DNA from: Phoronis australis
Taxonomy: Eukaryota > Animalia > Phoronida
DNA: 64,000 bases
Assembly (NCBI GenBank): GCA_002633005.1
Contig: NMRA01000005.1
Location: 1,002,524 to 1,066,523, forward strand
Direction of reading: 5' to 3'
The translations under genes and the position numbers were made by a program. Of this stretch, positions 1 through 12,700 are shown piece after piece (positions within the stretch are counted from its first letter, which is position 1; each line of letters starts with the position of its first letter). The notes under the pieces were generated by a model. It did not search any database, was not told the DNA's origin, and worked only from the letters and a program-made list of their open reading frames with translations.

Positions 1-600
1 TCTTGTACAGAATGTTAAGTAGGTAGATAGTTCAGTATTATTGTAATGTAGTATTGGCTAGGAAGAAAAGTTAGGACATCTGCGTGCGAGGAAGGGTTTT
101 TCGTGCAAAAGGAATTGCTGTACTCGCCAAAAATAATGGCCCATTTACCAACATCGTGGATAAGTACTTGTAGGTTTTGTAAGCTCACGTTATTACACAT
201 CATTCCACTTACTCTGATGGCAAATTCTTCTTTCACTCAGTCCTCATCTCATGATGGGGGGTCTGCCTGTAGTGTGTTGTTATGGCGACAGGGATGTTCG
301 TTATGAATGATTCGTTTATACTGTATCATTTACAGCCGTTAGCTTGCAGTCGTGAGTTTTTTCATCTTCTGTTATTCACTGGAATTTGATTACTGTGTTT
401 GTGACCTATTCTTGTGTGCCCAAATTTTTAATTCTTTTAGGGGCAGTAAATAATATAAAACAATCTTCAGAGTCCTATGTCTGTTTGTTATGTAAATTGT
501 CTCTATTGGTGTATGGAAGCCATCTGTCACCATGGTGTTGACTTTTGGCTTCTAGGTCGCAATGAAATTGATGACTTTCTTCATTTATTTTTGGCTACAG

Positions 601-729
601 GAAGTCCATTCAAATTCTTTGTGGACTCAATCAAGAGTGGTTACGTGACTGCCTATGGACCCGGCCTGAGCTTTGGCGTCAGTGGTGAACCCGCCAACTT
701 CACGGTTGTTACCAAGGATGCTGGGGCAG
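601..729 (+). CDS. FLN: Filamin exon, end of Ig16 and N-terminal part of Ig17
   Basis: ctacag|GA ... GCAG|gtgagc, 129 nt, phase 1/1; [23 protein letters not shown]...TKDAGA. Confidence 0.95.
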
Positions 730-3700
730 GTGAGCCCAGGGGTGGGGAAGTGAACGAATATTTTATATTCATACCTTGCAGAATATGTGTGTTGATACGT
801 AGTTTTATAAATTTATCTCTGTGATTTGAATTTAAATATTTATAGTGTAAAATGTGACTATGGATGTTTGTTGAACGTTTCGGTATGATTTCTCTAAATT
901 TTATATGAAATGCTATGAGTCATGCATGCTCAATTGAAACTATATTGTGAATGCTTGTGGTGATTAGAATATTAGGATTGTTCTTGAGCACTGCTTACAC
1001 TGTCTGTCTACATTTTTATAACGTCTTCGATCTGCATTTTATTTTTAACATCTTCAAGCTACATTTTAGTTGTAGTCTATCAAGCACAAGTTCCACTGCT
1101 TATAAAACAGGTCCGCAATTTGCAAAATTATTTGTAGTGAGGCCGGGGGTCTGTGTCATGCAAAGTCACTTGGGTCCTAAGTCAGAAATTTTGTATTACG
1201 CTCCACACAAGTGAGCAAAAGTGAAAAGTCTCTGAGAATGTTGTCATGAAATCTGTGACATTCATGATACATATAATTCTTAGCACATTAGTTTGATAGT
1301 GTTATTATTTATTGATATTATTTCTTTGCTAGACAATTGTTTTTGTTTATAGAAACTTGTTTGGCTGTCAGCTGAGTCAGCGACCAACCCATCCGCATTG
1401 TATATGATTGTAGCTATTCTACTACATTGTTTGTGTTTTACCCAGGGTCCTCAGCCCCCGGATGTAGGTCTCAAGGGTGTCACAAAAGTGGCGTAGGCTG
1501 GCACTAGTTGGTTGTGGGGGTTTGATTTCCCACAGAGCTTTCATATTAGCATTGACCAATAGAGTGGATTTTCCATACCTGTCAGCAAGTAGGTCCATGG
1601 CTTCTATGTAACTGGCGTTCGTCAGTGGAAGGCCAGCGATGGCATTGGCGGCGTCGCCGGCGATGTGGGCACGCAGGTACTGTAACTTTTGGACTGGTTC
1701 TAGTCCAGAATCGGNGCAGGGTGATAATGCTGGCATCAAGCATTTCTAACTGAGTTCTCTTGGCGTGAATCTGGTTGAGAACTTTCTCCAGGTCGGGAAC
1801 AGGGTCCGATGGAGTCGCAGTCATGAAGAGGGTGGCACGATCGATAAGTTTCGTCATGAGTCCTCTGTGCGCACCGCGAACTTTCCTCTGTTTGGCCAGT
1901 TGTGGTTCCATCTTCGCGCAGGTCACGGCACCAAACAATGTAGTAGAATAGCTACAATCATATACAATGCGGATGGGTTGGTCGCTGACTCAGCTGACAG
2001 CCAAACAAGTTTCTATAAACAAAAACAATTGTCTAGCAAAGAAATAATATCAATAAGTAATAACACTATCAAACTAATGTGCTAAGAATTATATGTATCA
2101 TGAATGTCACAGATTTCATGACAAATGTACTGCCAGCTGCTAGTTACTGAGATAATTTCCATGCTCTATTTTGAGACTGTGATACACTTCTAAATTACTT
2201 TGGGAAGCATAACACCAATTACAATTTTCGTTCTTAACCTTAAGTCACTTTGATTATGAAACGGACACTTGTTCTACTCCTACGCCAGACTAAGTAACTG
2301 ACGTAGGACGGTGGCAAAGAGTGGCTTTTAACAGCAAAAATTAATAATGTTCGAAAAGATTTTGTTCATTAGCCTTACGATGACTTTCCAATGTCTAAAT
2401 TACAGCATATTTACTGCTATCCAATGTTGACAGTTTTTTAGTCCAGCAGTGGCACAAGACTCCATACCACCTGCAGACCTATCTTAGTGGCAGTGTGACA
2501 ATCGTTATAGTCTATTATGATTTTTTGCACAGCTCTGAGTGTTTACTATAGATGATGGTGCTTTAGTTTCCAGCTCTGATAACTCTGATAATTCTGGTAA
2601 ATAGAAAACGCTTATGGCACTGTCCGCTTTTCTCTGTTGGTCAAATTCTTAAACTGTTGAGGTGTTACAGTTCGGCTTTTGCAGTCCACGGAATTAGCAT
2701 GCTTTTGAAATTCAATTTTAGCCCAGTGCACATCTGGGAGAAAGACTGGAGAGCTGGTTATATGGGAGTGGGAATGATGATTATTGAGCACTTGAAATTC
2801 ACTAGGTGGCGCTACTGAGACCACAATGTTGATTCTACCAAGTATGAATGTATGTAGTCATGTAGTCACAATGACACAGTTTCACCCATATTGGTGGACT
2901 GCTTTCTGTACTCAATTAGCGCCACCTAGTGAGTATTTAATCTCATTGCCCACTGGTTGATGAGGAAGCAAGTTCACTTAGTAAACCCTTTGAATGGGAC
3001 TTATATCGTACAAAAGGTTTTCTATGGGTCCCCTCGTTCCTGTCAACATCTGGTTCATCCTTGATAGTGGACCAAATCTAAGTCGTTGTGGTTTCAACTT
3101 TGCAAATCAAACGTTATTTTCACTGCTTTTAAATTGCTTTAAAACCTGTCTTCCCTTGGTAGTGGTGGTGGTTGTTCCATTCAGAATGGGTGTGTGCAGC
3201 TCTGGGTGTACTGTGAGTGTGAGCTTATCTTGATGAGGGCTAAGCTATTTATGAGCAGGTTATGTTTTGGTTTTCGCTTCAGCTATCTGTGAAAAAATTA
3301 TGGTTTTGTTGCCTTGACAACCAACGTCGTTTAAATGTTCAATTTAAATTTTATTGCATTTTCATGTTGATATGATGAGTTACTCTCTTCTAATCTGGTA
3401 AGATTTGCTTGGATAGGTTGTGTTTTTGTTCTGCTGTTGCTTTTTTGGGAACTCCTAAAAAGATGCAGCACTACTGCATTATAAACAATTGTGGTTAAAG
3501 TTGACAAAGTGATTGACGGCACTAGTGTTTTCATGCCTCATACTATCTTGTGCTGTGAATTACTGGGAGCCAGTGCGAACTGAACTGAACTTGATGTGAT
3601 TGCATTAATTGTCTATGATTGTCTCATTACCCATGCTTACTGTGATGTCTAGCCAAGATTATTAATGCTGTGCATGATGTAGGCAACTTAACTCACCAAG

Positions 3701-6700
3701 CAATTTCACTTATCGGTAACTTTAGCATGCTCAACTCACTCGAGCCGGTAGATTTAGCAGATTTTTGTTATATCAGACCATAGTCTGCAGCACATCAGCA
3801 GAGCTTTGCATGACCAAGTTGGTGCCCATTTCCTGATGATTTATCCATTCTTTTTTTAAGAAAGCCTGTTCTTAATTTCATTTATCTATTTGTTAGTAAT
3901 TCGGAGCATGTTTCGACTCGATCTCAAGGTCACCTTGTAGATCAACATTTACCAAACTGCACATAGATTCTGCTTTGCATGAGAAAACTCGGCTCAGCGC
4001 ACAATTCTGTTCGGTTCTTGTCTCTAATTTGTGAAAAAAAATCTCAATTTCTTCGATTTTATTTCATCAGGAGGTTTATCCCTAGCCGTTGAGGGACCTT
4101 CAAAGGCAGAGATCACGTGTATAGACAATAAGGACGGCTCGTGTTCCGTCTCGTACTTACCCACTTCCCCTGGCGAGTACAAGGTACTCGTCAAGTGGGA
4201 CAACAAACACATCGCCGGCTCACCTTTCTTGGCTAAGATCACAGGTAAACGTGGTAGATGCAACTACCAGTCCTGCCAATAGGTGGCCTCGGTGAGTTGG
4301 TGCACTGTCTACTGTGGACGTATTGCTGGTGGTGGTTTCACATTCAGCACACAGTGGAGGAGTTGCAAAGTGATGTCATTGTATTAAATCTTGAATTCTT
4401 GTGAATTTTGTGCTGAAGTAATGAAATTCATGCCATCTGCTTGATTTTATATTTTAATATGACATTTTTTTTAATTACCACTCACCTGTTTCTACAAAAG
4501 TTTAAAATTCTCAAGCCTTCTCAGAACGCTCTTGTGACCATACCACCGCAATGCCCCCTGTTGGCGGCGTCTAGCTTTCGTGTGAGTCCACCACAAGGAC
4601 TTGGCAGTGACTCGTTAAAACTCTTAACTCGACAGCATGTTGCATGTGTTGACACTAGGTGGCCTCGCACTAGCCGTGGAGGGTCCGTCCAAGTGTGAGA
4701 TCCTCTGTCAAGATAACCAGGATGGCACGTGCAGTATCACGTACTTGCCAATGGCGCCCGGCGAGTACAAAGTCGTCGTCAAGTACAACGACCAACACAT
4801 CGCCGGCTCCCCCTTCTTCCCCAAGATTGTCGGTGAGTATACAGCACTCGTGTGCATTATCCGCTCACCCGCGACCTCTCACATGTCCTGAAGCCTTTTG
4901 AACAAACATAGACATGCGCGTTTCCCCGACCCTGTCTTGACAGAGCTCAGGAATGCCATAACAGTTCATTTTTGCTTATGTTTCATAAGATAGTCAAAAG
5001 GCATGCAGTTAAATGTAGTCCCTAGTCTTTAAACCCATCATTCCTCTGCTACTATCTGGGTGGGAGAACACAATCTAATTTGACTCGGGCCTTATTTTAC
5101 AATTTACAAGCTAATCAACCATGCTGTTTAATTTGAATTTTTTGAAACATGAAAAAAATGATTTATCGGATTTGTAGCAATTTCTTTTGAAGAAAAAGTA
5201 CTTGACTGTCACTTTCCCTGCTCCATCTTCTAGTGTTGCACCCTTAAGTAGGCCTCGTTTTTATTGAGAAGTTGAAATTAAAAGATAGTACATGTGGCAT
5301 TGTGTGGAAAGGAAAAGTGTGGATGAAATGCACCGTGCAAGTTAGGTTCACTCAGACGTTGACCACCTCGCATACCTTATAGTGTGGTGACTCTTCTTTG
5401 AACAACACTAGCTGCATCCTCTTATTTTCATATTTCAAGGCAAATCTTTTAAAATTACTTCCTTTCTGCTGCAAAGCCTTGATGTTTTTTGTTAGTTCTT
5501 ACAGATATGCAAAGTAGTTTCTTTATTTCTTGGAAATTTTAAATACAATTGGCAGTACTGACTTTCTTCCTTTGTGATACACTTGGTAACTGCATTGTCT
5601 CTTCAATCCTGAGAAAGGAACGTGGGTTGTTAAACCTTGAACACACTTCACTGAACCAAAAGATACGAGTAGCGTAGCCTATATGGGCACAAGACCTTGG
5701 CCTTCAAGATGTGTTTGCATGCTCCTACCTATGCTAATGTATAGCAAGAACTTAACGACAATGCTATTTAAACATAAACAAAATGCAGTTGTACTCATTG
5801 ACAACTTGAAAATGTGAAAACAAAAATTTATGCAAATACGTGACCCTTGCACTTATGACGTGCTTCCTAGGCTTACGTAGCGCGCGTCATGCAGCGTTAT
5901 TCCCGGCACCATGACACCATACTTACTAGCCACCCATTAGTGATTTACGTCGGATCATTTTTGCCATAAAATCGTTCTTAAAAACATTTGGCTATTTTCA
6001 AAGTACTTGGTATTCACATCGTCATTATATGTTATTTCTAACTAATTTGGCCAAGCAATCACAGAGACAAGGAATTAGCCTGCAAGTTCCACTTTAAAAC
6101 CGGAGTCACACGCTTAGTAATGCGAGTCACCGGGTTATGAACTGTAGTCCCTTGAATCCCAGGTGTGTGACACAAGGTTTTTGGGTCCGTATCTCGTCCT
6201 TGACTGTTGGTGGAGTGTATCCAAGGTTTGCGACTGCTGTTCATTTGTCTAGCCTTGATGGTAATACGCAATAATCAATGTCTTATAACAAAAATCCGTA
6301 AAAGTCCGACCCCATCTAATCCCTTCTTCTTTGTGTGCCATCTCCTTATATGTGAAGACCTGCCTAATTACATGGAAGGTATGTTCTTTTCTTAAATCAG
6401 TGTAGCTATGGACATTATGCTTCAGAACTCATTTTTGTTTTGGGAATATAGCGTTGTCGTTGTTGTGGTCATTTAGTTTTTCAGATCTTTTTTGTTTTCT
6501 TGTTTATTGGTGGTGGCATAGGTTAAAGTTATATCTCTGTGTATTTAATTTAAAACTAAAAAAAATGTAAAAGCAGTCTATTGCCTAGTTTACAAAGGCG
6601 TGTGCATAAGGGTCTCTGTTCCTGTTTTGTGATCTTCCATTTGCAATACAAAGATTTTTAAAAACTGTCCTGCACCAAAGTAGTACTGAAGCCGTGTCCA

Positions 6701-9700
6701 TGGGTTTATAGAACTGATGAAGTTTACTGAGTGGTGAACTAAGGGTTGGACACAACATGCTGCCACACTCGTGAACATAAGTTCCTTAATTTTATTGCTC
6801 CAACGGGCCCAGTACACTCCATTGCCTGTGAGCCGTGTGTATGAGTGAGGAACCATGTTTGTGAGTGCAGCAGTCAAGTTGTTTCCATCCCTAGTTAACA
6901 TGAAGTGTGTGTAACATTTTAGAGTTGTCTATTGGTCATTTTCATTTTTCTATTTACTGCATGGTTTTTGTACATTGTCAGATTTTAAACTGAATTTGTT
7001 TAATCATCCAGTAAAACCTAGTAATTATCTTTGATTTCTGCTGTGTGTGCAATATTCTCGACTTGTAGTACTTGTAGCAATGTTTCAGGAGTTAACATGG
7101 GGTATACTTGCATTACGGTCCCAGTGTTATCCTGTTTCTTCTTGTGACTGACATGTGCCTATCCTGTCATCACTTAACAGTGTATCACTAATAGTTTGTA
7201 AATTCCAAGTCATTCACCAACAGAGGGAGTGATGAAATTTTGAACCATTCAAGAGAGAATGTTAAGTTGTTGTCCTGTGTTGACTGATTTACACAATTCA
7301 AGGCTGCTTTCCTTTCAAACAAATTAGATAAATGTCAGATAAGAAATTTAGCATTAACTTAGTTTATTCAAGAGCAGGCCTTTGTGAAAGCTGTATTTAT
7401 TTTTAAACTTAATGTGACAAGATGTCGAGGCAAAAATCATAACCAATCATAACCGCTTGGAAATCAATGATTTAATGGTGCATTCAGACTGTTTTTATCA
7501 CTATCACTATCACTATCACTGGAGGTTTTTTGTTTTGTACAGCATTAAGTCCAGTAACATAAAGTTTTCTTAGTGACATTTTGGGCTGATTCGTAATGAT
7601 CCTTAAAATGTTTTTAGAAATTACAATGAATAGTATTCTTTTTTAAATTTCTTGTAACTTTGCTTGCACTTCTTGCACAACTTGTAACAAACACTTTTTG
7701 TCCGAGTGGAATTTGTGGTCAACACGTTGCGGTATTAATGCTTGTGATTCCCGCTGCAGGAGGCGGCCGACGTCGCACCTCGTTCAACCGAGGCAGTGAA
7801 TTCTCGCTGAAGGTCTCGGAGACGGACATCAGTGACCTAACAGCCACTATCAAGGCCCCATCTGGCAAGGAGGAACCGTGCATACTCAAGAAACTAGCCA
7901 ACGGTCACTTGGGTAAGTGGACTGACATGACATGAGGTGACTACTGCTATCCTTCTTTTATGCGGTTACCTCTGTCTAGGCTAGAGATAAGTCAGTGGTA
8001 GTAATATTTTCAAATCGGTCTATTGTTGGAGCTGGCTACGTCAACTGAGCCATTATGTTTTGGACACTACAAGAGATTGACTGTGAAACGAAGTGACATT
8101 TAAGAATTTTCGCAAACATTTTGGAATCTGGTCAGCACACCACCTGTTGGTCACATCATGTGACGCAGCCATGTTGACCAGTCTTACAAATTTTTGCTAT
8201 ATGTATTTCCACGCCAGTTTAAGATTTGCATTTCATATTTGCAGATTTTATGAAAATTTTGAAAAGTGAAGAGAAATGCATGATTACTTAGGTGATTATT
8301 TTGTATTTCTTGTATGTATGCATTGCACGTGTCTTATTTGTGCATATCACCTGCAGGAATATCGTTCACTCCACACGAGACCGGGGAACACCTGGTGAAT
8401 GTGTATAGGAGCGGACAGCACATCGCCAACAGTCCGTTCAAGATTCACGTGTCGCGCAACGAGATTGGCAATGCATCCAAGGTCAAGGTCTACGGAAAAG
8501 GCCTAGAGGAAGGCACGGCGAACCAACGCAATGAGTTCACTGTAGACACCAAGGAGGCAGGTGGGTAGGCGTGGTCTGTGTTGGGGGGGGGAGGGGGGGT
8601 GTAGAGTGCTGGGAGTTGGTGTGGTGTGTGTAGGTGTTGCGCAAATGTGGTGTGGTTTATAATGCAATGTCATTTAGTTTTACAAAAATATCTCAATATT
8701 CCATCTCAGAAAACCGTTGTTTTGGTTCATATTTAGCGATGGAACCCTGAGTTTCTTTTTTAATGCTCCTAGTTATTCCTAATTGGTCGTGATAATTCTA
8801 CACACCAAGTGAACTTTCATTGATTGCTTCTGCGGCCATCCAACACCCATTACTTTACTTATTTGAATCTAAGCTCTGCGGTTTCAGTGATGCATAGAAC
8901 TTGAAATTTGTTACGAGAATGATTGCTAAAATTAACATTTTATGTACTCAACTTACTGAGATTTCGTTTAGTTGTGCATTTTGAATGGAGTGTGGATGGT
9001 AGTTTGCTGTGAGGTTTATTCACCTTAGAACATGTGTGCAGTGTTGAGGAACTTGTAAATAAATAATTCTACTCATTTTCAGCTTGTGATTAGGTTGTCT
9101 AGTTTGAGTTGTCCGTCCTGGTGTGTTGTTCACTGCCAGCTTGCATAAATCCCAGTTCTTGTTATTAGTGTTCATTGGCAATAGGTGTCACCCCCAGTGT
9201 GTGTGGTTTTAGTTCCTTGACAATAAGAGTCGCTCCCAGTGTGTGTGTGTGGGGGGGTTTAGTTTCATGACAATAGGTGTCGCTCCCAGTGTGTGTGTGG
9301 GGGGGTTTAGTTCCATGACAATAGGTGTCGCTCCCAGTGTGTGTGTGTGGGAGGGGGTTTAGTTCTATGACAATAGGTGTCGCTCAGTGTCTTGTGCTGC
9401 TGAGCTCCCCTGATGGCATCTGTTGAACATAGTTCAGTAGCAGTGGTTGTATGACACTTACTTCCATGTGAATGTGACTACTGTGAAGGCTTTCAACATT
9501 ATTGCGAATTTCCACAATTTCTCAAAACGTTGTGTTTTAGCTTTGTTATGAAACTTAAAAGGGAAAGCTCTAGTTTGGTACTACTTGTCTCATATGAGTG
9601 AAATGTCAAATAAACAGAGAAATCAGGAACCCCAACTGGGAATCGAACCACAGGTCTCTAGATTGTCAGTCTAGTGCTCTTATGAGAAAAAGGGAAAGTT

Positions 9701-12700
9701 AATTTTTTTTGTCCATGGTATTTTCACCAAAATTAGTGAGCTTTTGCTACAGCATGTTCTGATGTGCATCACCTCGCCATCAGGGATTTGAGAACACGGT
9801 CCACCCTAAGTGGCCATGCAAGAGCAACTCATTTGGAACAGTTAAGTGTATAGTTGGAAGTAATAGCACAGTGCTGCTGGGTTGTCCGGTGCTTATTCAC
9901 ATGTCGCTAGAATTTTCTTCAAGATTCAGTTTTGTCAAATTTTAGAAGTCTCGTTGCAAACTGTGGTCATACATTTATGACCAGTTTCAAAAAAATTTTG
10001 CAGACATTTCGCGCAAATAACATGTCTTAAAAGTCTTAAAATTCTAAAATAAATGTAATTTGAATAGGACTGTTCTAGTATTTATTGTGGGGTAAATGAC
10101 ATAGGGTCATTAATTAGCTATCTATGTTACTCATCCATCGCTTAATATCAGTTATACATGTGTTGAGCTGGACTGAATGACATCAAGGTGAAGCTATATC
10201 ACAACACATGCAGCCAGTGTAGTTAAGTGGTACACAGGCACTGCGCAAACACCAACCAAGAGGGGTAATCCCACATGAAAATACGCACCAATGGTCGTGG
10301 AAGACTGTCGCTTAAATATGAACTACTTAAAACCCCGTTATGCAAAATCAGGGCTTTTGGGAAAAACTTGGGATATTGCGTCGAGTTACATGATATGTGG
10401 CAAGCAGTAGTGACCGCTAACAGCTTGGTAAGGTGACGATGAATTGGGCTTTACTAAATAGTGCTCTTTGCCAGAGAGAGACGGTTCTACCCGAAAACGG
10501 TAATTTTTTTAGAAAAATGTGTTACAATATCTAGGCCCTGTATCGTGGAAACTGTGAAAGATGTTTTGATAGTTGTTACCGTCACAGAAATTATCCTTAG
10601 ATACAATTTTTTTAAATTACCTGTCAAAGTTTATTTCATTAATTTTTTTCCTGGTTCATTAGATTTAGGACCTCAGTCCTTTTTATGTTACGTTTTTACA
10701 AATCACAAGTTCCGTTTATAAGAGTGTGAGTGATCAGTCCAAATTCTTGATGTGGCTTTTGGATTTTGAGTAACTAAGAATTTATGGAACGGAGTTTGGA
10801 ATGAAAATTTCTTAAACTATAAACTGTATATTAAAATCCAATCTGTGTTATGTACAAGACATTTCCGTGGCATTTCCAGTGTTTCGTACGCTGTCTAAGT
10901 CAGATGAAAATGTAGCAAGTTTGGATAATGAGTGTGACGTTTATTAGGGATGGAAATGCAGGGAACCCGATATGTAGACAAGGAAAGAACTTTGGGATGT
11001 TCTGTTATCTGTGTGCATTTGGTACCTAACCTGATGTCACTCTCTTTATGTATTACACAGTGAATTGTGTGGTTCAATGTGGGCAGAATCTGCTCAGCTG
11101 TTGATTAAAGCCCCAAAAGAGTTAGCATTACTTGTCTATTTAGCAGACCCTTGTAAGGTATTGTCAAACTATTGCCTTTAGTAATTGTTACAAATAATTG
11201 TTTCATGAGCTAGTGGTCGTTGATATCTGTCAGTAGGTGAGGTCATGGTTTGATATCCAGTTTATTATTATTTGTGGTAGGTGTATTTAGATATTAGACA
11301 GCTTGTTTAGGATAATGAATATTGACATTAAAACTATTTAGATCAGCTGCTGCTATGATATTGGTCACTAGTTGTTCATTAGTTAAATTACGGTAGAAGT
11401 GATTTCCCGGTTTGCACAAAAACGCGGCCCGGAGCGAACAGTGAATACAGGGTATTCGGTGCTGTCACCAGGATTAAAGTCGAGCATTGTGGGAATGAAC
11501 GGCGGGGCTGAAGAGGAGACCGCCATATTCTGTGTCGCTGGTTAAAATTCTTTGCTAATAATTGGATTGTAGGTAAGTTATAACTTCAAGGGGAATTTAA
11601 TATTCAAATAGCAGTGAGCACTAGATTGTAATATATAGCAGTCGGTGGTGCCTCAATAGTTTGAGACCACTTAAATCGCTATTTGTATGATATGCAATGC
11701 AAAAGTGATCTTGGAGTTCAAAAAGCTTGGTGAGAAGACAGATATCTGCATCACTGTGTCCACTAGACTAGTCCTGCTGTTCTTGTATTTATAGCTCTGC
11801 TTTCTGGTTTTGGTATGAGCTGTAGGAATGTGTCCAGTCACCCACTCATAAATCTTCACTCTCTCACCTGGCCAGGTGTGTTGGCTCTTGTCAGACTGGG
11901 ACATTCCACGGAGATGTGTTAAGTAGTAGAGAAGATCATTAGCTCGGTTGGAGGTCATAAAATAGGTTGGATTCAATGCTTCTTCAGTAAACGGTTGATA
12001 TTTTCTGCTTAGTTTTTTGATTACCAACTATTAGCCTTTTGTGACTAATAATTAATTATCGTTTCCATGAGTGCATAAAACAATCGCTTATCTCAAGCCC
12101 CTCCCAATGTAAGTTTACAAAAATTATGTTTTTTGGTTGGTATTCGTGTTACATGTAAGCAAGTATTCTTCAAAGTTAAATGACGTTATTTGTTTGAAAA
12201 TTTACTTGGAAAAATAAAAAAATACTATTTTCAAACAGTTTTCTGTTAGTTAATTTGTTTCATCTTAATACTTGCAATTGAAAAAATACGTATAATTTTA
12301 GTTGTAAAAATAACATTTTTGCCTGCAAATGAGCTTCCCTGTCAATAAAAATGACTATTGACTATCCATCTCAGTGCAATGACTGTATGGCGAGGTGAAA
12401 TGCAGCAATTCTTAAAGGACAACATCATTATTGATGGTCACTGGCAATATTGCAAATAAAATTTGGTCACGTTTTTGATACCAATGTTTCACTATAAATG
12501 TATCTTTATTTTTCGCCAAATTTTAATGAAAGGACATGGTGACAGGATCCGTTTAAGATAGATTGCTAAAAAGTCAAAAAAGTCAAATTCTACGCGCTTT
12601 TTACTTTCAGAAAATATAGCCTTTTACCTCATTAAAATTTATGGTTTTATAGATGTTTGCCTAACTGAACAGACTTGTTAGTAAAGTCCTGGGGAACCTT

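Noticed and set aside
1422-1938. Frame change between the two gag ORFs as a programmed frameshift
   Set aside because: It coincides with the N at 1715, and the usual intervening gag sequence is missing, so it reflects a gap or deletion.
4071-4832. The two Ig17 exons as an extra complete filamin repeat
   Set aside because: No second copy of the N-terminal Ig17 exon lies between them.
9177-9390. CRISPR-like repeat array
   Set aside because: The variable parts are GT/G microsatellite tracts rather than unique spacers, the context is a eukaryotic intron, and there are no cas genes.
9620-9683. tRNA gene (also at 14450-14540)
   Set aside because: Only box motifs remain, with no full cloverleaf; better explained as SINE heads.
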